In this document: positions 39,986 through 48,104 of the stretch, piece by piece | Layout of the letters: every line of letters begins with the position of its first letter | Position numbering within the stretch: the stretch's first letter is position 1 | Origin: Terriglobia bacterium | Lineage (GTDB): Bacteria > Acidobacteriota > Polarisedimenticolia > Polarisedimenticolales > JAIQFR01 | NCBI GenBank assembly: GCA_963748015.1 | Contig: CAVVHE010000004.1 | Span: forward strand, 2,144,001 to 2,208,000 | Length of the DNA stretch: 64,000 nucleotides | Direction: 5' to 3' | Notes under the pieces: model-generated | Databases searched by the model: none | What the model saw: the letters and a program-made list of their open reading frames with translations, nothing else | Told to the model about the DNA's origin: nothing | Translations under genes and position numbers: made by a program

Positions 39986-42900
39986 CTACCGGAGCTCGAA
40001 CCCGGTGACGTAGTCCTTCCGGCCGGCGATTCGGATCGTCATCGTGAAGACGCCCGTGCCGAGCGGGTTCGTGTCCAGGTTGTAGATCCACTGCTGGGTG
40101 CTGTCGTTCCAACGGAAGAAGGGATCGCTGGAGAGGCTGTCGGAGTTCACCCTCAGGGTCGCGAAGTCGATCGGGCCCCGGGTCGCCTCCGACAGGCCGG
40201 TGATCTGCGGCGCGTCCACGTCGCTGCCCCGGAGGACCACTCCGCCGCAGGACATGCGGAGCTTGAGAGGACGCGTCTGGCCGGCGTTGAACGCCTTGCC
40301 CGGGAACGGGACGGGGTCCCCGGCCGGAACGAGCTTCTCCATCGGACTCGAGAGCCCGTCGATCCCGTCGTAGTCGCGCAGTCCGGCGTTGTAGTTGCAG
40401 AGGTGCGCGATGCCGAGGGCGAGTGGCACGTTCATCGAGAACGGGTGGCCGTTCGCCGCGCCGGTGAACGACAGGGAGAACGGGTGCGACGTGTCCCCGG
40501 GGTGGCTGGCCGGCACCGTCACCTGGAACGGGACCAGGTTCCCGGCCGGCTGCAGCGCGGGCGGCGAGCAGTCCGTCGTCGACGGCGTTCCGGCGATGGT
40601 CCCGTAGGAGGAGGTTCCGCTCACCACCGTGATCGCCACCGGATTGCTCAACCCGTCGTCGGTCAGGTCCACGAGCGGAGCGACGAGTGAAGCGCTCGCC
40701 CCGGTGACGCTGAAGGGGCCGACGTTCAAGACGTCCACGACAAAACTCGCGCTCTCGCCCGGCTGGAGTAGACCGTCGCCGCTCGAGTCGCTCAGCACGT
40801 GAACCGATTCGGGGGTGAGGTAGGCGTCCCCGATGCTCTTGCTCGTGTCGGGCACCAAACGCATGAACGTCCCCGACGTGACCTTCGAGACGCCGTCCCC
40901 GCAGGTGCCGTCAGGCCCGGGAATCGTGTCGCCGCAGACGCTGACCGCCGTCGCGACTTCCTTGAACAGGGCGCCTCCCGGCCGGCAAGCCGTGCTGGTT
41001 CCCCCGGGCGGGATCGTCGTAGTCGAGGGATTGACCTGGCAGACCGGCGTGTCCGCGACGGGCGGCGCCGGGGGGCCGGGACTCGGGCAGACGCCCGGCA
41101 CGGGCGACGACGGGCTCGGGTTCGGGCAGTGGCCGTCCACGGGTCCCGAGGACGGGCTGGAGTTCGGGCAGACGCCGTCCACCGGCCCGGGCGACGGGCT
41201 CGGGTTCGGGCAGACGCCGTCCACCGGCCCGGGCGACGGCGTCGGGTTGGGGCACACTCCGGGGGCCGGGGTCGTCGGACTCGGATTCGGGCAGTATCCC
41301 GGGCCCGGGTCCGTCGGGTTCGGGTTCGGGCAGTAGCCTGGACCCGGAGTGGTCGGAGTCGGGTTCGGGCAGTAGCCCGGAGCCGGGGTGGTCGGACTCG
41401 GGTTCGGGCAGTAGCCCGGCCCGGGGTTGGTCGGATTCGGATTCGGGCAGTAGCCCGGCCCGGGATTGGTCGGATTCGGATTCGGGCACACGGCCGGGAA
41501 CGTGTCGCAGTTCGGCTCGTAAGTGGTGCGGTCGTCATCGACGCACTGTCCGCTTCGGCAGTAGTCGCCGCGGCCGCACTTCTTGCCGCAAGCGCCACAG
41601 TTGTCGCCGTCACGCTGCAGGTCCGCGCACTGGCCGCTACAGAAGGTCCGCCCTTCCGGGCACTCCGAGACGCACGCTCCGCCGTTGCAGCACGTCCCCG
41701 CGCCGCAAGCGACGCCGCACGCACCGCAGTTCCCGCTGTCGCTCCGGAAGTCCACGCACTGCCCGTTGCACCACGTCTGGCCGGTCGGGCAGAGCGAAGC
41801 GCACTCGCCGCCGCTGCAGCACGTGCCGTCGCCGCAGACGTTCCCGCAGGTGCCGCAGTTCCCGTTGTCGCTCCGGAAGTCCACGCATTGCCCGTTGCAC
41901 CACGTCTGGCCGGTCGGGCAGAGCGAAGCGCACTCGCCGCCGCTGCAGCACGTGCCGTCACCGCAGACGTTCCCGCAGGTGCCGCAGTTCCCGTTGTCGC
42001 TCCGGAAGTCCACGCATTGCCCGTTGCACCACGTCTGGCCGGTCGGGCAGAGCGAAGCGCACTCGCCGCCGCTGCAGCACGTGCCGTCACCGCAGACGTT
42101 CCCGCAGGTGCCGCAGTTCCCGTTGTCGCTCCGGAAGTCCACGCATTGCCCGTTGCACCACGTCTGGCCCGCCGGGCAGAGCGAGGCGCACTCGCCGGCG
42201 CTGCAGCACGTGCCGTCACCGCACACGCTCCCGCAGGTGCCGCAGTTCGCGTTGTCGCTCCGGAAGTCCACGCATTGCCCGTTGCACCACGTCTGGCCGG
42301 TCGGGCAGATCGAAGCGCACTCGCCGCCGCTGCAGCAGGTGCCCGCGCCGCACGCGACGCCGCAAGTGCCGCAGTTCAGGTTGTCGCTCCGGAAGTCCAC
42401 GCACTGGCCGTTGCACCAGGTCCAGCCCGGGGCGCACAACGACCCGCAGGTGCCGCCGTTGCAACAGGCGCCGTCACCGCAAGTCGTGCCGCACGAGCCG
42501 CAGTTGTTGCTGTCGTTCTGGAAGTCGGCGCACCTGCCGTTGCACCACGTCTGACCTTCCGCGCAGAGCGACCCGCAGGCTCCGCCGTTGCAGCAGGTGC
42601 CGTCGCCGCAGGGACTCCCGCAGGCGCCGCAGTTGCCGCTGTCGTTCTGGAGATCGGCGCACTGGCTTCCGCACCAGGTCTGACCGGTCGCGCAGAGCGA
42701 CGCGCAGCCCGCATCGTCGCAGCAGGTGCCGTCGGCGCAGTGTAGACCGCACGTTCCGCAGTTGCCGCTGTCGTTCTGGAGGTCGGCGCACCGGCCGTTG
42801 CACCAGATCTGCCCCTGGGCGCAGAGGGACACGCAGGCGCCGCCGGAACAGCAGGTGCCGTCGCCGCAAACGCTCCCGCACGCGCCGCAGTTGTTGGGAT

Positions 42901-44032
42901 CGCTCTGGAAGTCGACGCACTGGCCGTTGCACCAGGTCTTGCCCTCGGCGCACAACGACACGCAGTTCCCGTTCGTGCAGCAGGTGCCGTCGCCGCAAAC
43001 GCTCCCGCACGAGCCGCAGTTGTCGGGATCGTTCAGGTAATCCACGCACGTGTCGCCGCAGCGAAGCTGGTGCGGAACGTCGGGATTCGCCGGACAGCAG
43101 CCGGGGGGATAGGCCGGCGTCTCGACCGTAACCGGCGTCGTCGAGGTGTTCGTGAGCGTTTCCTGGACCGCTCCAGGCTGCGCCGTGCTCGTGACGCGGA
43201 ACACTTCCTTCGGCGGGCTGAAGAAGGTGATGAGGCTCGAGGTCAGCGACGCCGACGAGACCGTGACGTCGGACGCGCTCAGGGACCGTCCCGGAACGGC
43301 GAACGGCCCGCGGTTGATGCAGGTGCCGTCGGTCACCGGGTTGCACTGGGCGTCGGTCGTGCACGATTTGCGGGTGATGCAGCTGGCGCCCCGGACGACG
43401 TAGTAAATGATGCCGCCGGGGGGAGGGGTGTCCACATACTGCAAGAGGCCGGTCGTGATGACGGTGTTGGCGGACGCGGTGACGGCGGACGCGCTCGTGG
43501 ACCGGTAGACCGTGTACGACGCGGTTCCGCCGGACCAGCTCAACGCCACGTCTCCCGCGTTCGCTCCCTTGCCGGCGGCGAGAGTCACGCCGTCCTCGAG
43601 GCAACCGAGGGTACAGGTACCGGCGACGGGATCCGTGCCGGCGGTTTGCAGGAAACAGATGTCGTTGGCGCAGGAGTTGCCGGTGTAGGAGTAGACGGTC
43701 GAGTTGGTCGTCCAGGTCCACTTGACGCCGACTCCCCCCGCCGTGCCCGCCGTCACGCTGGACGTGAAGCCGCCGGGGCCGGCCGACGGCCACGAGAACG
43801 TGAACGCGTCGCCGAGCGCGCTGTTCGTGACGACGCTCTCGATCTTCACGGGGAAGGTCGAGAGAACGTTCAGGTCGACCTTGCTCTCCGCCCCGTTCGC
43901 GGCCTGGCCGTCGAGGTCGACCGGCTTCGTCGCGGCCAGCGCCGGCGCGGAACATCCCGCGGCGAGGAATGCGGCCAGCGCGAACGCCAGTGGACGGAAT
44001 CCTCGCGCGGCTACCCTCTTGTTGGTGAACAT
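39986..44032 (-). CDS. giant exported Cys-rich repeat protein (FN3-like, 12 Stig1-like repeats, Cys-Pro repeats, C-terminal PxKF-like domain)
   Basis: GGGAGGG RBS; signal/lipobox-like FLAAGC; repeats read directly from the translation; C-terminus FNAGQTRPLKL...FRWNDSTQQWIYNLDT. Confidence 0.85.
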   Translation of the reverse strand: MFTNKRVAARGFRPLAFALAAFLAAGCSAPALAATKPVDLDGQAANGAESKVDLNVLSTFPVKIESVVTNSALGDAFTFSWPSAGPGGFTSSVTAGTAGGVGVKWTWTTNSTVYSYTGNSCANDICFLQTAGTDPVAGTCTLGCLEDGVTLAAGKGANAGDVALSWSGGTASYTVYRSTSASAVTASANTVITTGLLQYVDTPPPGGIIYYVVRGASCITRKSCTTDAQCNPVTDGTCINRGPFAVPGRSLSASDVTVSSASLTSSLITFFSPPKEVFRVTSTAQPGAVQETLTNTSTTPVTVETPAYPPGCCPANPDVPHQLRCGDTCVDYLNDPDNCGSCGSVCGDGTCCTNGNCVSLCAEGKTWCNGQCVDFQSDPNNCGACGSVCGDGTCCSGGACVSLCAQGQIWCNGRCADLQNDSGNCGTCGLHCADGTCCDDAGCASLCATGQTWCGSQCADLQNDSGNCGACGSPCGDGTCCNGGACGSLCAEGQTWCNGRCADFQNDSNNCGSCGTTCGDGACCNGGTCGSLCAPGWTWCNGQCVDFRSDNLNCGTCGVACGAGTCCSGGECASICPTGQTWCNGQCVDFRSDNANCGTCGSVCGDGTCCSAGECASLCPAGQTWCNGQCVDFRSDNGNCGTCGNVCGDGTCCSGGECASLCPTGQTWCNGQCVDFRSDNGNCGTCGNVCGDGTCCSGGECASLCPTGQTWCNGQCVDFRSDNGNCGTCGNVCGDGTCCSGGECASLCPTGQTWCNGQCVDFRSDSGNCGACGVACGAGTCCNGGACVSECPEGRTFCSGQCADLQRDGDNCGACGKKCGRGDYCRSGQCVDDDRTTYEPNCDTFPAVCPNPNPTNPGPGYCPNPNPTNPGPGYCPNPSPTTPAPGYCPNPTPTTPGPGYCPNPNPTDPGPGYCPNPSPTTPAPGVCPNPTPSPGPVDGVCPNPSPSPGPVDGVCPNSSPSSGPVDGHCPNPSPSSPVPGVCPSPGPPAPPVADTPVCQVNPSTTTIPPGGTSTACRPGGALFKEVATAVSVCGDTIPGPDGTCGDGVSKVTSGTFMRLVPDTSKSIGDAYLTPESVHVLSDSSGDGLLQPGESASFVVDVLNVGPFSVTGASASLVAPLVDLTDDGLSNPVAITVVSGTSSYGTIAGTPSTTDCSPPALQPAGNLVPFQVTVPASHPGDTSHPFSLSFTGAANGHPFSMNVPLALGIAHLCNYNAGLRDYDGIDGLSSPMEKLVPAGDPVPFPGKAFNAGQTRPLKLRMSCGGVVLRGSDVDAPQITGLSEATRGPIDFATLRVNSDSLSSDPFFRWNDSTQQWIYNLDTNPLGTGVFTMTIRIAGRKDYVTGFELR
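41039..41488 (-). repeat. 11 tandem 13-16 aa Cys-Pro repeats (CPNPNPTNPGPGY / CPNPSPSPGPVDGV; mostly 39/42 bp)
   Basis: Read from translation and DNA (recurring TTCGGGCAG on the + strand). Confidence 0.95.
41543..43060 (-). repeat. 12 tandem 129-bp (43 aa) Cys-rich coding repeats
   Basis: Unit CNGQCVDFRSDNGNCGTCGNVCGDGTCCSGGECASLCPTGQTW; units 8-10 identical in protein, last unit partial. Confidence 0.95.
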
Positions 44033-44094
44033 CCCTAGTCCCTCCCGCATTCTGTCACGCTCCTGGACTCGCCCCTGTCCGCGCTGATCGGCGA

Positions 44095-44275
44095 ACAAAC
44101 CCGCGTTGCAATTGAGTATACTGCTAGATTCTACCTAAAACAGGATGATTTTGGTAGATTATTATTGTACAGTCTTGACTTGAGCGCGTGGGTGAAAACG
44201 CTAATAGCTAAAGACCGATCCACTTTATAGGTTTCGCGGCTGCGTCAAGCCGCTCGCTCGGTACTAGAATCGAGC
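44095..44275. promoter_or_regulatory. AT-rich divergent control region
   Basis: Sharp GC drop between the divergent Cys-rich and MBL genes; TATACT, TACAAT and TAGAAT hexamers; imperfect inverted repeat TCTACC-TAAAA...TTTT-GGTAGA. Confidence 0.55.
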
Positions 44276-44306
44276 GACGCGCGGGGGTGATGCCCCTCGA
44301 GGTTCC

Positions 44307-45143
44307 ATGGACTCCCAGGATCTGCGGCTCGAGTTTTGGGGCGTGCGCGGCACGGTGCCGACTCCTTCGCTGGACCGCCTCGGCCACGGCGGCAATACCA
44401 CCTGCCTCGCCGCCCGGCTCGCGGAGGACGAGTATCTCGTGCTCGATTGCGGCAGCGGCGTGCGCCTCCTCGGCATGGAGATCCAGAAGCGGAGCGCGGG
44501 CCGCCCGGTCCGGATTCACATCCTCTTCTCGCACTACCACTTCGATCACATCGAGGGGCTTCCCCTGTTCCCGCCGCTCTACGACCGCAAGGCGACGATC
44601 CGCGTTCACGGCGTCGCCCCCGAGGGGCGGACCCTTCAGAACACGCTCGAATCGTTCATCGCGCCGCCGTACTTCCCGGTGCGCCTCTCGGGAACTCCCG
44701 CGAGGATGGAGTACGTCGAGCTTCGGGGAGAGCCCTTTTCGGTCGGTCCCTTGGAGGTGAGCACGCTCTCGCTCAACCATCCCGACGGCTGCGTCGCCTA
44801 TCGGTTCGATCGAGGCGGACGCCGGGTCGTCTTCGCCACCGACCACGAGCACGGCGATCCCGAGGTGGATGACGCCCTCGCGTCGTTCGCGAAGGGCGCG
44901 GACCACCTGATCTACGACGCCACGTACGTGCCGGCCGAGTACGAGACGCTCCGCAAGGGCTGGGGGCACAGCACCTGGTACGCCGCCGTTCTCACCGCTC
45001 GCGCGGCCGGCGTCCGCAACCTCGTCCTATTCCATCACCACCCCGAGCACACCGACGCCGAGCTCGAGAACATCCTGCGCATCGCCCAGAAGGAGTTCCC
45101 CGGCGTTATCGTCGCCCGCGAGGGGATGAGCATCCCGCTGTAG
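44307..45143 (+). CDS. MBL-fold metallo-hydrolase (PhnP/RNase Z-like phosphodiesterase family)
   Basis: FWGVRGTVP, GGNTTC, LDCGSG, SHYHFDH, TDHE, GWGHST, FHHHP. Confidence 0.9.
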   Translation: MDSQDLRLEFWGVRGTVPTPSLDRLGHGGNTTCLAARLAEDEYLVLDCGSGVRLLGMEIQKRSAGRPVRIHILFSHYHFDHIEGLPLFPPLYDRKATIRVHGVAPEGRTLQNTLESFIAPPYFPVRLSGTPARMEYVELRGEPFSVGPLEVSTLSLNHPDGCVAYRFDRGGRRVVFATDHEHGDPEVDDALASFAKGADHLIYDATYVPAEYETLRKGWGHSTWYAAVLTARAAGVRNLVLFHHHPEHTDAELENILRIAQKEFPGVIVAREGMSIPL

Positions 45144-45164
45144 CGCCTTCATCCCCGCGTCGGC

Positions 45165-45241
45165 CGCGCGTCCTCGCCCGAATGGGTTCGCAGCCGGCCC
45201 TTTTCCGGGCCGGCGAGAACCCATTCGGGCGAGGACGCGCG
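45165..45241. terminator. long hairpin between convergent genes
   Basis: Perfect 25-bp arms 45165-89 / 45217-41 plus an inner 8-bp stem GCCGGCCC/GGGCCGGC. Confidence 0.7.
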
Positions 45242-45297
45242 ACTCACCGTCGATCCCGCGAGGACCAGGCGATATCGAAGCCGGGCTTGCGGTGAAC

Positions 45298-46566
45298 TCA
45301 GCTCGAGGCCTTGCGGCGGACGAGCAGGAGGGTCATGTCGTCGGCCTGCGGGGCGCCGCCGGCGAAGGCGTCGCAAGCCTCCACGATCGCCTGGACGACT
45401 TCCGCCACCGGGGCGCGCTCGACGCGGCGGATCACCTCGACCACCCGATCCACGCCGAACTCCTCCTGGGCTGCGTTCGTACGCTCGAAGACGCCGTCGG
45501 TGATCAGCGCCACCACGTCTCCTGGTTCGAACGCGAGCCGGCCGGGCGTGCCGAGCGGCAGTCCCGACATCAATCCGAGCGGAAGCGTCGTCGACTTCGG
45601 CGTGCCGACGCCCCCCGACGCCTGCACGTGGAGGATCGGCCCCTGCCCCGCGGACTGGAAGGTCACGGCGTGGGCCTCCGCGTCGAGGACGCCGAGGAAC
45701 GCCGTCACGAACCGGTTGGACGAGAGATCGTCCGAGAGCTGGTCGTTGAGATGGGTGAAGGCGGCGTCGAGACCGGCGCCGAGCCGGAGGGCCATGCGAA
45801 GCATCGAGCGCACCTGGGTCACGCTGAGCGCGGGACCGATCCCGTGGCCGGTGGCGTCGCCGAGGAGCAGGACCGTCCGCGACGGTCCCTCGGCGATCAC
45901 GTCGAAGACGTCGCCGCCCGTCTGATCGGCGGGACGGCTCCAGCCGGCGAGGTCGTACCCCTCGACCCTGGGCATGGCCTTCGGAAGGAAGCTGACCTGG
46001 ATCTCGCGCGCGACTTCCAGCTCGCGCTCCATCTTCTCCTTCGCCACCAGCTCGCGGAGGAGCCGCTGGCGCTGCAGCGCGACCGCGCACTGCGCGGCGA
46101 GGGCGGTCGCGACGGCCTCGTCGTCGCCGGAGAACGGCCCGCCCCGCTTGTTCAGCACCTGCATGACCCCCACGAGGGCGTCGTCGTGCCCCACGAGGGG
46201 CACGGTGAGCAGGCAGCGCGTGCGGAAGCCGCTCTGCCTGTCGAACGTGGGGTCGAACCGCGGGTCGGCGTAGCAATCGGGAACGCTGATCACCTGGCGG
46301 CGCTGCGCGCACTCGCCGACGATCCCCCTCCCCGGCGGCACGCGGATCTCCCCGCTGCCGGTCGCGACCGTCGTGTAGAGCTCTCCCGACGCCGCATCGT
46401 GCAGGAACACGCTCCCGCGCTCGGCCTGGAGCAGGTCGCGCGCCGCATCCACGATCCTCGAAAGCAGGGTCGTAAGGTCCACCGGCGCCGCCAGCGCGCG
46501 CGCGACGTCGAGCAGCTTGCGGAAGTCCTCGATCCCGAGTTGCTTGCGCTCTTTCGGCAGCCCCAT
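45298..46566 (-). CDS. GAF + PP2C (RsbU/SpoIIE-type) Ser/Thr phosphatase
   Basis: GAF with DPRF..FD..GFRTR.LLTVP..VMQVLNK; AREIQ..LP, GGDVFD, GDATGHG, TDGV.E, DDMT. Confidence 0.93.
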   Translation of the reverse strand: MGLPKERKQLGIEDFRKLLDVARALAAPVDLTTLLSRIVDAARDLLQAERGSVFLHDAASGELYTTVATGSGEIRVPPGRGIVGECAQRRQVISVPDCYADPRFDPTFDRQSGFRTRCLLTVPLVGHDDALVGVMQVLNKRGGPFSGDDEAVATALAAQCAVALQRQRLLRELVAKEKMERELEVAREIQVSFLPKAMPRVEGYDLAGWSRPADQTGGDVFDVIAEGPSRTVLLLGDATGHGIGPALSVTQVRSMLRMALRLGAGLDAAFTHLNDQLSDDLSSNRFVTAFLGVLDAEAHAVTFQSAGQGPILHVQASGGVGTPKSTTLPLGLMSGLPLGTPGRLAFEPGDVVALITDGVFERTNAAQEEFGVDRVVEVIRRVERAPVAEVVQAIVEACDAFAGGAPQADDMTLLLVRRKASS

Positions 46567-46609
46567 GACTCCCCTCACCCCCGGGGGAATTATACGGGCA
46601 CTCCGGCGC

Positions 46610-47941
46610 TCAGTGCCCGGGAGCCGAAAGCTCGTCGAAGTTCACGTGGCCGGCCCACGACGCGACCTCCCCGAGATCCACGTGCCGCGCGTCGGGATCC
46701 CGGACCAGGGATCGCGCGAGGAACCGCCGGAGCTCATCGCCGACGCCGGGAGCGATCGCGGAGATGTCGGGAACGTCCCACGCCTCGTGCGCCTCGTGGA
46801 GCGAGGTGTAGTCGCGGGCGGAAAAGAGGGGCTTGCCGGTCAGCATCTCCCAGGCGAGCCCCCCGAGCCCGTACACGTCGGCGGCGACTCCGCACGGGTC
46901 GCCTGCGAGCTGCTCCGGGGCCATGTACGGGAGGGTGCCGAGGATCGACCCGCCGCCTCCTCCCTTCTCCGCGGGCAGCGGCAGCGCGACGCCGAAGTCC
47001 ATCAGCTTGACGATGCCGTCCCGGTTCACCATCACGTTCGACGGCTTGACGTCGCGGTGCACGACGCGCCTGGCGTGGGCGTACGCGAGCGCCGCGGCGA
47101 CCTGCCCGAGGATGCGGCGGGCATCGGCGGCGCCGATCGTCCCTCGCGTGGCGAGAATGCGGTCGAGCGGCGACCCGTCGCAATACTCCATCACGATGAA
47201 GAAGGTGTGGAACGCCTCGAAGCGCCCGAACATCCGCGCGATGTTCTCGTGATCGAACGACTCGATGATGTCGGCTTCCTGCTGGAACCTCTGCCTCGAC
47301 ACCTCGCGGAACACGAGACGGTGGCTCATCATCTTGAACGCGACGCGACGGCCGGTGGAGGTATCCTCGCCCTCGTAGACGACGGCCATCCCCCCGCGGC
47401 CGAGGCGCCGCCGGATCCTGTACCCGAAGAAGATCTTCCCCGAAAGCGCGTCGTGGATCCCCTCCCCCAGCCTCTGGGCGGTCAGGCGCGACAGCACCTC
47501 CGCCAGCGCGGGCTCCGCCTTCGCGAGGCGAAGGAAGTCCTCCACGGGAAGCGCCAGGGCGCGCACGGGGGTCAACGCGGTGACGGTGGCGGTGCGCGGC
47601 TCGCGCGTGAGGAGGGCCATCTCGCCGAAGACCTCCCCGCGCCCCGCGCGCTTGAGGACGTGCCGCTCTCCCTCGAACGTCACCACCACCTCGACCTCGC
47701 CGTTCTGGACCACCATCAGGCAGTCCCCGTCGTCGCCCTGCCGCATCAGGGCGGACCCGGCATCGAAGCGCCGCTCGACCATCGAGGACTCGATCTCCGC
47801 CATGATCTCCGGAGCAAGGCCGGCAAACGACGCTAGCGCGGCGAGATGCGTGTCGGCCGCCCGCGGGACCCTCGACCCGCCCGGCGCCCCGTGCTCGTCG
47901 CTCGTGACGGTCCCGTCCTCGGTGGGGTCTCGATCGGTCAT
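46610..47941 (-). CDS. cyclic-nucleotide-binding domain fused to Hanks-type Ser/Thr kinase
   Basis: RQGDDGD, FGEMALLTREPRTATV (phosphate-binding cassette); LGRGGMAVVY, VAFK, HRDVKPSN, DFG, YMAPE; no TM. Confidence 0.92.
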   Translation of the reverse strand: MTDRDPTEDGTVTSDEHGAPGGSRVPRAADTHLAALASFAGLAPEIMAEIESSMVERRFDAGSALMRQGDDGDCLMVVQNGEVEVVVTFEGERHVLKRAGRGEVFGEMALLTREPRTATVTALTPVRALALPVEDFLRLAKAEPALAEVLSRLTAQRLGEGIHDALSGKIFFGYRIRRRLGRGGMAVVYEGEDTSTGRRVAFKMMSHRLVFREVSRQRFQQEADIIESFDHENIARMFGRFEAFHTFFIVMEYCDGSPLDRILATRGTIGAADARRILGQVAAALAYAHARRVVHRDVKPSNVMVNRDGIVKLMDFGVALPLPAEKGGGGGSILGTLPYMAPEQLAGDPCGVAADVYGLGGLAWEMLTGKPLFSARDYTSLHEAHEAWDVPDISAIAPGVGDELRRFLARSLVRDPDARHVDLGEVASWAGHVNFDELSAPGH

Positions 47942-48104
47942 CGGCACTCCAAGCCGTCGGGTGGCGTCCGCGGCTCGCGTTTCTAGTATGCCTCTTGTCG
48001 AGGCTTCGCGCGGATTTCGTTGCGGCGGGACGGGTACGGGGCGGGCGCCGCGGGGAAGCCGCCCAGACGGTAGAATGCGGAGTCCCTTGCGCAAGGAGGA
48101 GGCC

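Noticed and set aside
41039..43060. Tandem repeats considered as a CRISPR array or non-coding repeat
   Set aside because: Periods are multiples of 3 (129, 39, 42 bp), there are no unique spacers, they are in-frame in one CDS, and no cas genes are present
41543..43060. Cys repeats considered as heme or ferredoxin motifs
   Set aside because: No CxxCH and no CxxCxxCxxxCP; exported protein, so disulfides are more plausible
44307..47941. MBL + cNMP-binding protein + cyclase as a Pycsar/CBASS-type antiphage system
   Set aside because: The cyclase is a CHASE2 membrane sensor with ATP-specifying residues and is not adjacent to a TM/TIR effector; a signalling role is more parsimonious
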